Shown here: one piece after another, positions 46,622 through 57,914 of the stretch
Numbering within the stretch: the stretch's first letter is position 1
How the letters are laid out: each line of letters opens with the position of its first letter
Assembly (NCBI GenBank): GCA_044426085.1
Contig: JAWXUU010000007.1
Location: 27,412-91,411 of the forward strand
Reading direction: 5' to 3'
Source of the DNA: Bacillota bacterium
GTDB lineage: Bacteria > Bacillota > Clostridia > Christensenellales > CAMQZB01
Length of the DNA stretch: 64,000 bases
The notes under the pieces: generated by a model
Databases searched by the model: none
Told to the model about the DNA's origin: nothing
Seen by the model: only the letters and a program-made list of their open reading frames with translations
Translations under genes and position numbers: made by a program

Positions 46622-49006
46622 TTATTTGATAAAGACAACCGTTGCACCTGCTCCCCCTTCGTTGTATTCTGCGAGTTTATATTCTTTGACATGTTTGTTG
46701 AGTTTAAGTTCTTGCCAAATGCCTTCTTTAAGTTTGCCCGTGCCCATGCCGTGAATGATTCGAACTTTGTCGATACGGCGCAAAAACGCATCGTCGATAA
46801 ACTGCTGAACTTCGCTTGCACCCTCGTGCACACGTTTGCCAATGATATTTAGTTCTATCAATGAATTATAGTTGCCAGTTGGCGCTTTAGGCGTGAAGCT
46901 GTGTCGCTTCTTTTGTGGGATTTCTTTTGGCTTGACTTCTCTTAGCGGACGCAAAACGTTCGCCGCTTTTGCAGAAACTTCCACCATGCCAACTTGAACC
47001 ACAATCTCTTTTTTCTTTAGGTTTATTTTTGTTATTTTGCCGACACTTCCAAGTGTTTTCACAAATACATACTGACCGATTTTTGAGCGGTTGATATCAA
47101 AAACTTCATAATCTTCTTCAAAAAATTCATCGTCATCTTCTTCGATAACTTTGCTTTTTAGTTGGTTTTTAAGCTTGCCCGCTTGGATGACTTCCTTTTG
47201 GGTTATGTCGTTTGTGTTTTTTATGCTTTTGATTTCTTCAACGAGTTCGTTTGCTTCTTCGCTTGCCTGTGCGATTATTCTTCGAGCTTCTATTCTGGCA
47301 AGTTCTGTTATTCTGTCGCGTTCTTTATCTAGTTTTTCACGCAAGATTTTTTGGGCTTTCTTTTCTTCTTCAAGCTGATTTTTCAATTTTTGGGCTTCTT
47401 CGCGCAAGAATTCCGCTTGTTGCATATCTTTTCTTGCGTTGTCGATTATTTGGTCGAAGTTCTTTTTATCGTCGGAAATATACGATTTTGCACGTTCTAT
47501 CACATATTCTGAAATGCCTAGATTTTCCGCGATTTCAAGTGCTTTGGAATTTCCCGCTGTTCCCAAAATGAGTTTATACGTTGGGCGATAGGAACTTTCG
47601 TCAAACTGCATTGACGCGTTTTGGATTTCGTCACGCGCGAAAGAAAATTCTTTCAACTTGCCATAGTGGGTTGTGAGGATTCCCGTAGAACCACAGCAAA
47701 GCAAGTCTTCCAAAACGGAAAGTGCAAGCGCAGAACCTTCTTCAGGGTCTGTTCCACCGCCAAGTTCGTCAATCAGCACAAGTGATTTATCGTTGACGTT
47801 TTCCAAGATTTCTTTTAGCGTCACGATGTGGGAAGAGAATGTTGAAAGGTCGTTTTCTATGCTCTGTTCGTCGCCGATATCAGAGAAGATACTTTCAAAG
47901 AAAGACACTTCGCTTCCTTCCCCCGCGGGAATGAAAATACCGCTCATTGCGAGAAGGCAGAAAAGACCAACCATTTTCATTGTTACGGTTTTACCACCTG
48001 TGTTTGGACCGCTTATAAGAAGGTATTTTGCGGTGTCGCCAAATCCGATAGAAACGGGAACGACTTTTTGTGGGTCGATAATTGGGTGACGACCGCGTTT
48101 GATTTCAATTTTACCGCTGTTATTCAGCCTTGGTTTTACCGCCCTTGTTGAGGCGGAATATTCAGCTTTTGAAAGTGCCACGTCAAACTGGTCGAGCGTT
48201 TTTTGCGTTGTTAGTAGCATTGGGGCGATTTCGCACACAGTTTGAGTGTATTTTATAAGAATTCTTTCGATTTCCAACGCTTCTTCAATTTCGATTGAGC
48301 GAAGTTCGTTGTTTTTTTCCACAACTTCCATAGGTTCGATGAAAACTGTTGATCCCGTTTGTGAATAGTCTTGCACAAGCCCTTTCACGAAACTTCTGTG
48401 TTCAACTTTCACCGGCACAACAAATCTATCTTTTCTTGAAGTGACGATTTTATCTTGCAAATACTTTGATGTTTCTTTATCTTGAACGTATGATTGCAAA
48501 ACTTTTTTGATATCGTTATTGATTTTTCTTTTCTTTTTTCTTAACTCGTAAAGCGTTGGCGATGCGTGGTCGGCAATTTCTTCATCCGATATGAAGATAT
48601 CCAAGATTTTAGCTTCCAAATCGTAATCTTGATAGAGTTCGCGAGCTTTTGAAAGAAAGATTGGAATTTCGCCGTTTATCCCCTTTATTGTTTGGTCGAA
48701 TTCTCTTGATACGTTCAAAAGCCTTCCCACTTTTATTATGTCGGAAATTTCGAGTGCGGAAAGAACGCTTGCCCTTGCGAGAAGTTCCTTCGTGTCACCT
48801 GCATTTTTTAATGGTTTTTCGCAGTGAACAAAGAGTATGTTAAAAGCCTCCGCTGTGAAATCAAGCGAAGTGATACTGTCGGAAAATTCCACGCAAGGGG
48901 TTTCGCTTAGGATTCTATCTTTCCCACCCGAAAGTTTTGCGAATTTTGAAATTTCACGCAAGATTTTATCGTATTCTAAATTTTTAAGAATTTTGTCTGT
49001 TATCAT
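46622..49006 (-). CDS. mutS2: Endonuclease MutS2 (MutS ATPase plus Smr domain)
   Basis: Walker A GPNTGGKT, DELGGGTDP, and C-terminal Smr (LNIIGKRVHEG...RIIHGMGTGKLK). Confidence 0.95.
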   Translation of the reverse strand: MITDKILKNLEYDKILREISKFAKLSGGKDRILSETPCVEFSDSITSLDFTAEAFNILFVHCEKPLKNAGDTKELLARASVLSALEISDIIKVGRLLNVSREFDQTIKGINGEIPIFLSKARELYQDYDLEAKILDIFISDEEIADHASPTLYELRKKKRKINNDIKKVLQSYVQDKETSKYLQDKIVTSRKDRFVVPVKVEHRSFVKGLVQDYSQTGSTVFIEPMEVVEKNNELRSIEIEEALEIERILIKYTQTVCEIAPMLLTTQKTLDQFDVALSKAEYSASTRAVKPRLNNSGKIEIKRGRHPIIDPQKVVPVSIGFGDTAKYLLISGPNTGGKTVTMKMVGLFCLLAMSGIFIPAGEGSEVSFFESIFSDIGDEQSIENDLSTFSSHIVTLKEILENVNDKSLVLIDELGGGTDPEEGSALALSVLEDLLCCGSTGILTTHYGKLKEFSFARDEIQNASMQFDESSYRPTYKLILGTAGNSKALEIAENLGISEYVIERAKSYISDDKKNFDQIIDNARKDMQQAEFLREEAQKLKNQLEEEKKAQKILREKLDKERDRITELARIEARRIIAQASEEANELVEEIKSIKNTNDITQKEVIQAGKLKNQLKSKVIEEDDDEFFEEDYEVFDINRSKIGQYVFVKTLGSVGKITKINLKKKEIVVQVGMVEVSAKAANVLRPLREVKPKEIPQKKRHSFTPKAPTGNYNSLIELNIIGKRVHEGASEVQQFIDDAFLRRIDKVRIIHGMGTGKLKEGIWQELKLNKHVKEYKLAEYNEGGAGATVVFIK

Positions 49007-49034
49007 GTTTGTTTCCTTGTTTTTATCAACTTGT

Positions 49035-49063
49035 ATTATACTATATTTTCCACCTTATTACAA
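49035..49063 (-). promoter_or_regulatory. Candidate sigma-A promoter for mutS2
   Basis: Minus strand reads TTGTAA, a 17-nt spacer, then TATAAT. Confidence 0.55.
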
Positions 49064-49156
49064 GTGGTTATCACGATTTTTACGATTTATTTAGACGCTT
49101 GTTGATTTTTCTTTTTTACGATATTTATTTGCTTTATTTTACCAATTATCCGCGTT

Positions 49157-49163
49157 TTCGACA
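49157..49163. promoter_or_regulatory. Consensus Spo0A box (TGTCGAA on the minus strand)
   Basis: TTCGACA lies about 40 nt upstream of the candidate spo0A -35. It matches the 0A-box consensus TGNCGAA. Confidence 0.5.
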
Positions 49164-49202
49164 AGTTTTTATACAATACGTCATAATTTTATAAAAAACC
49201 CC

Positions 49203-49231
49203 TTGTATTTTGTACAAAATTGTGTTATTAT
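49203..49231 (+). promoter_or_regulatory. Candidate promoter for spo0A, with a palindrome in the spacer
   Basis: TTGTAT, 17-nt spacer, TATTAT. The spacer holds the perfect 14-nt palindrome ATTTTGTACAAAAT (49207-49220). Confidence 0.5.
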
Positions 49232-49263
49232 GTAGATACAAATAAATTTTATGGAGTTTTTTT

Positions 49264-50016
49264 ATGGATAATATTAATGTTTTAGTTGTAGACAGCGATT
49301 CTTTCGTTGTTTCTGAGTGCAGACGCGTGTTTTGCGGAAAAGTTAGAATGTTTGGTCATGCGGAAGATGGCGAAACTGCTTTGCGAATGATTGAAAATGG
49401 TGGATTTGACGTTTTGCTTATTGATATTGCTCTGTCCAAAATTGATGGGCTCACAATTCTTGAACGCATTTCTAAAGCGCCACGCTCTTTCAAAATTGTC
49501 GTTATGTCGGCGATGAATTCTTCTTTTGTGATTGAAAAATCTATGCAATATGGGGCTAGTTATTTTCTTACCAAGCCTGTTTCTTGCGAGATTTTGCCAG
49601 AGCTTATAAAAAGAATTTTTGAAGACGGCAAAATTGACAACCCTTCACTGCTTTCCAAAAGCACTTCAAGCAAAAATCTTGATGAAAAGATTGCAAACAT
49701 CTTTATGACAATTGGTATTCCGCCACACATTCGCGGGTATTCTTATTTGCGAGAAGCGATTAAACTTGCCGTTGCAAAGCCTGTTATCATTTCTTCAATA
49801 ACAAAAGAACTGTATCCTAGCGTTGCGGAAATTATGTCTTCTTCGCCAAGCAAGGTGGAGCGTGCAATTCGTCACGCAATCGACGTTGCATGGACGCGTG
49901 GCAAATCGGATAAGCTTGGGCAGATTTTAGGTGTTAAGGTTTACGTTTCAATGAAGCCGACAAATGGGGAATTTATCGCCCTTATTGCGGATAAACTGCT
50001 TTTGGAATCAATTTGA
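49264..50016 (+). CDS. spo0A: Sporulation master regulator Spo0A (response regulator)
   Basis: Receiver domain (DVLLIDIAL...DG, VVMSA, LTKP) and a Spo0A-specific C-terminal domain: HIRGYSYLREAI, SKVERAIRHAIDVAW, KPTNGEFIALIADKL. Confidence 0.95.
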   Translation: MDNINVLVVDSDSFVVSECRRVFCGKVRMFGHAEDGETALRMIENGGFDVLLIDIALSKIDGLTILERISKAPRSFKIVVMSAMNSSFVIEKSMQYGASYFLTKPVSCEILPELIKRIFEDGKIDNPSLLSKSTSSKNLDEKIANIFMTIGIPPHIRGYSYLREAIKLAVAKPVIISSITKELYPSVAEIMSSSPSKVERAIRHAIDVAWTRGKSDKLGQILGVKVYVSMKPTNGEFIALIADKLLLESI

Positions 50017-50057
50017 TATACATATGAAAATTTTATAAATTACAGTGTACAAAATGC

Positions 50058-50095
50058 AAAAAAGAGAAACGATTTATTTCGTTTCTCTTTTTTTG
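50058..50095. terminator. Bidirectional terminator (spo0A / aconitase-family gene)
   Basis: Stem GAGAAACGA / TCGTTTCTC. A6 before and T7 after. Confidence 0.85.
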
Positions 50096-50136
50096 CTTTT
50101 TTATTTGCGTTATTATTCGCTTTATTATTTGCTTTA

Positions 50137-52371
50137 TTATTTGTTTTCGTTTGCGTAGTGGTTCATCAGACAACCTGCGAGAATGATTTTTCTTTCTTCA
50201 TCACTCATGTTATCAAGATACAGCATAATTTCAGAAACAACGCCGTCTCTTATGAGTTTTGCAGGAACTTCATATGCGCCTGATTCAACGATTTTATCGA
50301 TGTTATCGATATAGACAAAGTCGCCCACTTCAAACGTGTTTTCTTTTATGATAAGTGGAAGCATGCCCCAGTTCATAAGGTTGCTTCTGTATCTTTTTGT
50401 TGCGTATTCACACGCGATATTTGCAACACCGCCGAGAACTCTTTGGCAAGATGCGGCTTGTTCCCTAGCAGAGCCATCACCTGGTTTATTTGCGAAAATG
50501 AAGCTGCCGAAGTTGAAGTTTTCAGCATCTGTTCTGCCAACTGCGTCCATTGCTTTTTTGAAATCATCAGCGATTTTGCCATCTCTTCTTTCACCTTCGC
50601 TTTTGAAAATCTCTTGTGCTCTGCCAACGTATTTTGGGTCTTTTCTTGAAAGTGTGTAGGTTGCAAGCATTTGTGGATTAGAACGATATGAAGATGTGTC
50701 GCCCGATGGGATAAGTTCGTCGGTTGTTGTCACTTCGTCGGTGATAACGCACGCTGATTTCATAAGCACTGATTTTGCAAGTGAAACTTGTTGTGGCCAG
50801 TCGGTGATGTTTGGACCTAGCACCAACGATTCTTCTTCTTTTGCTTTTTCGTAGCCTTGGAAAATTCTGCTTTGATAAACTGCTTTATCGAAATAGAATT
50901 TTTTAGGTTCGTTTTGATATTCAACTTCTGTTGCAGCAGTCAAATAGCCTTGATTTTTCGATGTTGCGGCAATAGAGCGAGCGTCCATAAGCGCAACTGA
51001 TGCGATTTGATTGCTTGCTGGTTTTGAGCCTTCACGTTGTGGGAAATTACGCGTTGTGTGGCGGATAGAGAATGATTGGTGGCTTGGAACGTCCCCCGCA
51101 CCAAAACATGGTCCACAGAATGCCGTTTTCACAATTGCGCCACTAGACATAAGTGAAGAAATTGTGCCGTTTTTCACAAGTTCTTGATAAACCGCTTGGC
51201 TTGATGGGTAAACTTGAAGTGAATATTTATCAAAGCCGATGCTGTCACCTTGCAAGATTTGTGAAGCTTCCACTATGTTTTCAAACGTGCCACCAGCACA
51301 GCCTGCAATTACGCCTTGGTCGACATAAACTTTGCCGTTGTGGATTTTTGAAAGCAAGTTTAGTGTAAGTTTTTTGTTTTCTGTTTGTGCGAGTGCTTTT
51401 TCTTCCACTTCTTTCAAAATATCATATGGATTTTTGCAAACATCTTCGATTGTGAAAACGTTTGATGGGTGGAAAGGCATTGCTATCATTGGTTTTATGC
51501 TTGAAAGGTCAACTTCGATTGCACCATCAAACATTGCGATAGATTCTTCTTTTAGTTCTTTATATTCTTCTTCTCTGCCAAAGTCGGCAAGATATTCGCG
51601 AGTTTTTTCATCTGTTTCCCAGATTGAAGATAGGCATGTTGTTTCTGTTGTCATAACGTCGATACCTATTCTGAATTCCATAGAAAGCTTTTCTGCGCCG
51701 TCACCCATGAATTCCATAACTTTATTTTTCACAAAGCCGTTTTTGAAAGTTTCGCCAATGATTGCAAGTGCGACGTCTTGTGGGCCTACGCCTTGTTGAA
51801 CTTCGCCTGTCAAAATCACTGCAACAACTTCTGGCTTTTTAATATCGTATGTTCTTGATAGAATTTGTTTCACAAGTTCTGGTCCGCCTTCGCCGATTGC
51901 CATTGTGCCTAGAGCACCGTATCTTGTGTGGCTGTCTGAACCGAGAATCATTTTTTCGCCACCAGCGACCATTTCACGCATGTATTGATGAATTACTGCA
52001 ACGTGTGGTGGAACGAAAATTCCGCCGTATTTTTTTGCGGCAGTAAGACCGAAAATGTGGTCGTCTTCGTTGATTGTTCCGCCAACAGCACAAAGGGAGT
52101 TGTGACAGTTTGTGAGAACGTATGGCACTGGGAATTTTTCAAGACCTGACGCTCTTGCTGTTTGCACAATACCAACATATGTGATATCGTGTGAACACAG
52201 TGCGTCGAATTTTATTTTATAATCTTCACCTTGTCCGCTGTTGTGTTTTTCCATTATTTTTGTGGCGATTGGACTGCCAATTTTGCTTGAATCCATGTTT
52301 GCAACTTCGCTTGCACTCATTATGCTTTTGCCACCAGCAACGTAAACTTTTCCGCTTGTTAGTTTGATCAT
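50137..52371 (-). CDS. Aconitase-family hydratase (putative aconitate hydratase)
   Basis: GSDSHT, GCAGGT and CGPCFGAG Fe-S ligand motifs, plus a C-terminal swivel domain. Start at the ATG at 52371, after AAGGAG. Confidence 0.88.
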   Translation of the reverse strand: MIKLTSGKVYVAGGKSIMSASEVANMDSSKIGSPIATKIMEKHNSGQGEDYKIKFDALCSHDITYVGIVQTARASGLEKFPVPYVLTNCHNSLCAVGGTINEDDHIFGLTAAKKYGGIFVPPHVAVIHQYMREMVAGGEKMILGSDSHTRYGALGTMAIGEGGPELVKQILSRTYDIKKPEVVAVILTGEVQQGVGPQDVALAIIGETFKNGFVKNKVMEFMGDGAEKLSMEFRIGIDVMTTETTCLSSIWETDEKTREYLADFGREEEYKELKEESIAMFDGAIEVDLSSIKPMIAMPFHPSNVFTIEDVCKNPYDILKEVEEKALAQTENKKLTLNLLSKIHNGKVYVDQGVIAGCAGGTFENIVEASQILQGDSIGFDKYSLQVYPSSQAVYQELVKNGTISSLMSSGAIVKTAFCGPCFGAGDVPSHQSFSIRHTTRNFPQREGSKPASNQIASVALMDARSIAATSKNQGYLTAATEVEYQNEPKKFYFDKAVYQSRIFQGYEKAKEEESLVLGPNITDWPQQVSLAKSVLMKSACVITDEVTTTDELIPSGDTSSYRSNPQMLATYTLSRKDPKYVGRAQEIFKSEGERRDGKIADDFKKAMDAVGRTDAENFNFGSFIFANKPGDGSAREQAASCQRVLGGVANIACEYATKRYRSNLMNWGMLPLIIKENTFEVGDFVYIDNIDKIVESGAYEVPAKLIRDGVVSEIMLYLDNMSDEERKIILAGCLMNHYANENK

Positions 52372-52414
52372 ATAATCTCCTTTGCACACTTGCGTATGTT
52401 ATTATATATTATTA

Positions 52415-52459
52415 TAGCGGTATATTTTGAATTTCTCAAGTATATACCGCTATTTTTTT
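52415..52459 (+). terminator. Terminator-like hairpin whose T-tract is on the plus strand
   Basis: 11-bp stem TAGCGGTATAT / ATATACCGCTA with a 16-nt loop, then T7 on the plus strand. On the minus strand (atpC side) an A-run precedes it and no U-tract follows. Confidence 0.6.
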
Positions 52460-52491
52460 ACTTTTTATACACAAATATATTTTTTTCGATA

Positions 52492-52908
52492 TCACATATC
52501 CATTCCGTGACGATTTTTTACTTGCAATCTGCCAAAAGCACGGGCAAGTGAAGCTTTTGAAAGCTTATATTCTTGCAAACTGCGTTTTTGACGCATGATT
52601 TCCTTGCTCTTTTCAATCTCCGCAATGGCACGTTTTTCTTCGATATCTTCAGGGTTTTCAGCTTCTTGCGAAAGAACAACAACACCTGCTGGTGTAACTT
52701 CCACAAAGCCGTCACTTGCATAGGCATAGTGCCATTTTTTATCGTAGAAATATCGCATTTCGCCCGGGCTTAGTTCTGTCACGGTTGTTGCCATGCCAGG
52801 AAGGATGCCCATTTCGCCATCGATTGAGCTTATTACCACCATTTCTACATCACCTTCGAAATATTTTTTTTCTGGCGTGATGATTTCCAAATGCAATGTT
52901 TTATTCAT
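52492..52908 (-). CDS. atpC: F1 ATP synthase epsilon subunit
   Basis: 138 aa: LEIITPEK...GILPGM... Confidence 0.93.
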   Translation of the reverse strand: MNKTLHLEIITPEKKYFEGDVEMVVISSIDGEMGILPGMATTVTELSPGEMRYFYDKKWHYAYASDGFVEVTPAGVVVLSQEAENPEDIEEKRAIAEIEKSKEIMRQKRSLQEYKLSKASLARAFGRLQVKNRHGMDM

Positions 52909-52911
52909 AAT

Positions 52912-55157
<2,246 letters not shown>

Positions 55158-55171
55158 ATTCTTCGCCTTTT

Positions 55172-55210
55172 TTTAACTTTTATCCTTTAACTTTTATCAT
55201 TTAACTTTCT
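55172..55210. repeat. 14-nt tandem repeat in the atpA-atpG spacer
   Basis: TTTAACTTTTATC(C/A) twice, plus a partial third copy TTTAACTTTCT. Confidence 0.7.
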
Positions 55211-55218
55211 GCTGGGCT

Positions 55219-56730
55219 TTATGCCTTTTCGTATAATTCCTTATATTCTGCAGTTGCTTTTTCAATTGCTGTTGTTATTTCCTCGGAAACTTCTTGCGTT
55301 TCTTTCAACAAGTCAAATTCGTTTTTGTTGTGTGCTTCAAAATATTTTGTTAGCTTATTTAGGAAATCACAAATTTTTGAAGTTGGAATTTCATCTGCAA
55401 GTGAGTTGTTCAAAACGTGCAACATAACAACCATTTCTTCATGAGAATATGGGCTGTATTGTTTTTGTTTTAGTGATGCTGTCACGACGTCGCCGTGGTC
55501 TAGCACTTTTTTAGTCACTTTATCAAGATCCGAACCAAATTGCTTGAATGCTAAAAGTTCGCGATATTGTGCGAGGTCTAGCCTTAGTTTACCAACAACT
55601 TTCTTAACCGCTTTTGTTTGCGCCGCACCACCCACACGAGAAACTGAAAGTCCCACGTTGACAGCTGGGCGAAGACCAGAGTTGAAAAGTTCTGATTCCA
55701 AGAAGATTTGTCCATCTGTTATTGAAATTACGTTTGTTGGAATGTATGAAGAAATATCACCTGCAAGCGTTTCTACGATTGGAAGCGCCGTGATAGAACC
55801 ACCGCCGTTTTCATCAGAAAGTTTTGCGGCACGTTCGAGAAGTCTTGAATGAAGATAGAAGATATCCCCTGGATAAGCTTCACGTCCTGGTGGGCGTTTT
55901 AGAAGTAATGCAATTGTTCTGTATGCAATGGCATGTTTAGACAAATCGTCATAAACAATCAGAACATCTTTGCCTTGCCACATGAATTCTTCTGCGATTG
56001 CACAGCCTGAATATGGTGCTATGTATTGCAATGCACTTGAATCCATTGCGCGCGAGCACACAATGACTGTGTGTTTCATGCAGTCGTGTCTTTCAAGCAT
56101 ATTCACGATGTTTGTTATTGTTGAAGCTTTTTGACCAATCGCAACATAAACGCACAAAACGCCTGTGTCCTTTTGGTTGATTATCGCGTCGATTGCAATT
56201 GCTGTTTTACCAGTTTGCTTATCGCCGATGATAAGTTCACGTTGTCCCCTTCCGATTGGAATCATACTGTCGATTGAAAGTATGCCTGTTGAAAGTGGTT
56301 GATTAACTTTTCCCCTGTCTGGAATTGATGGGGCTGGAGTTTCAATTGGGCGGTATTTGTGTGATTTGATATCACCCTTGCCATCAAGTGGTTTGCCAAG
56401 TGGGTTCACAACTCTTCCAAGAAGTTCGTCGCCAACTGGGACTTCCACGATTTTGCCTGTTGATTTCACAGTTTGACCCGCGTATGCTTTATCTTCATCT
56501 TCCAAAAGAACTGCACCGACGCTGTCTGTTTCGAGGTTTAGTGCTATTGCAGAAATACCCTCTTCTGTTTCTATCAATTCGTCATATTTAACTTTTTCAA
56601 GGCCGTCGACTTTGATTACGCCATCGCCAGAGAATATAATCTTACCAGTTGACTGGTCAGTTGATTCCACTTGCAATTTCGATACTCTATACTCAATCTC
56701 GCCTTTGATGTTGTCAAGATTTATACTCAT
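55219..56730 (-). CDS. atpA: F1 ATP synthase alpha subunit
   Basis: Walker A GDKQTGKT. 503 aa. Confidence 0.98.
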   Translation of the reverse strand: MSINLDNIKGEIEYRVSKLQVESTDQSTGKIIFSGDGVIKVDGLEKVKYDELIETEEGISAIALNLETDSVGAVLLEDEDKAYAGQTVKSTGKIVEVPVGDELLGRVVNPLGKPLDGKGDIKSHKYRPIETPAPSIPDRGKVNQPLSTGILSIDSMIPIGRGQRELIIGDKQTGKTAIAIDAIINQKDTGVLCVYVAIGQKASTITNIVNMLERHDCMKHTVIVCSRAMDSSALQYIAPYSGCAIAEEFMWQGKDVLIVYDDLSKHAIAYRTIALLLKRPPGREAYPGDIFYLHSRLLERAAKLSDENGGGSITALPIVETLAGDISSYIPTNVISITDGQIFLESELFNSGLRPAVNVGLSVSRVGGAAQTKAVKKVVGKLRLDLAQYRELLAFKQFGSDLDKVTKKVLDHGDVVTASLKQKQYSPYSHEEMVVMLHVLNNSLADEIPTSKICDFLNKLTKYFEAHNKNEFDLLKETQEVSEEITTAIEKATAEYKELYEKA

Positions 56731-56737
56731 ATTTTAC

Positions 56738-56959
56738 TCACTTTATTTGCTTTTTAATAGATATGACTTTTGACAATACTGTTGCGTCAAACACGTCGTA
56801 TCCATCGACAATTTTGAAGCCACCAATAACACTTTCGTCTATTTCATACACAAAATCAAGATTTTCACCGTGGTTTGTTATTACGGATTTTTCAAGTTTT
56901 GCTTGTTGAACTTTGGAAAGTTGGTGTGCTGAAACAATTTTAATTGTTTTATTTTCCAT
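56738..56959 (-). CDS. atpH: ATP synthase delta (OSCP) subunit, C-terminal domain only (about 73 aa)
   Basis: IVSAHQLSKVQQAKLEKSV...LDFVYEIDESVIGGFKIVDGYDVFDATVLSKV matches the delta C-terminal domain. The ATG at 56959 is 4 nt after the atpF stop. The longest possible ORF (from 57001) is still only 87 aa. Confidence 0.75.
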   Translation of the reverse strand: MENKTIKIVSAHQLSKVQQAKLEKSVITNHGENLDFVYEIDESVIGGFKIVDGYDVFDATVLSKVISIKKQIK

Positions 56960-56963
56960 ATCT

Positions 56964-57500
56964 TTACTTCTTATTTTCGTATTCCTTGATTGCTTCATCA
57001 ATCAAGCCTTTATCAACTGAACTTGTAACCTTTTGTTTCAAAATACTTTCGCAAACTTCAACGGAAACTTCCGCAATGATATCTTTGATTTCATTTTCCA
57101 CTTTAGTTTTTTCAAGCAATGCCTCATCTCTTGCCACTTCGATAATTTTTTCTTTTTGCTTGTTTGCTTCCAAGATGATTTCTGCTCTTTTTTCTTCAGC
57201 GAAGTCTAGTGCGTCTTGATTCATTCTTCCAGCTTCAAGTTTCACGCGTTCGATTTCTGCGTTCAAAGCAACCTTAGAATCTTTGATTTCTTCTTGGAAC
57301 ATTTTGTTTTCTGCAACAATTTTTTCAATTTCTCCAGCACGAGTCGCAATGAATTTCTTCACCGGTTTATACATCAAATATGTCATACCAGCAAACAATA
57401 TCAATACGTTCACCATGATGATTAGTATGTCTTGCAATGAAATTTGGTCAAACAAGTTTTGTGACGCTTCTTCAGCCATTATCAAATGTTGTATGTTCAT
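56964..57500 (-). CDS. atpF: F0 ATP synthase b subunit
   Basis: 178 aa with one N-terminal TM helix and then a long charged helix. Confidence 0.88.
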   Translation of the reverse strand: MNIQHLIMAEEASQNLFDQISLQDILIIMVNVLILFAGMTYLMYKPVKKFIATRAGEIEKIVAENKMFQEEIKDSKVALNAEIERVKLEAGRMNQDALDFAEEKRAEIILEANKQKEKIIEVARDEALLEKTKVENEIKDIIAEVSVEVCESILKQKVTSSVDKGLIDEAIKEYENKK

Positions 57501-57540
57501 TTTTCTCTCCTTATCCTATGCTTTTTGCATATTAGGCATA

Positions 57541-57852
<312 letters not shown>

Positions 57853-57914
57853 TCAATATTTTAACCCAAAAGATGGGATTTTAGCTTTTTGATTTTTTAT
57901 AACTTATTTTTATT

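Noticed and set aside
51332-51799. 155-aa plus-strand ORF.
   Set aside because: It is antisense to the aconitase-family gene. Serine/Phe-rich shadow frame.
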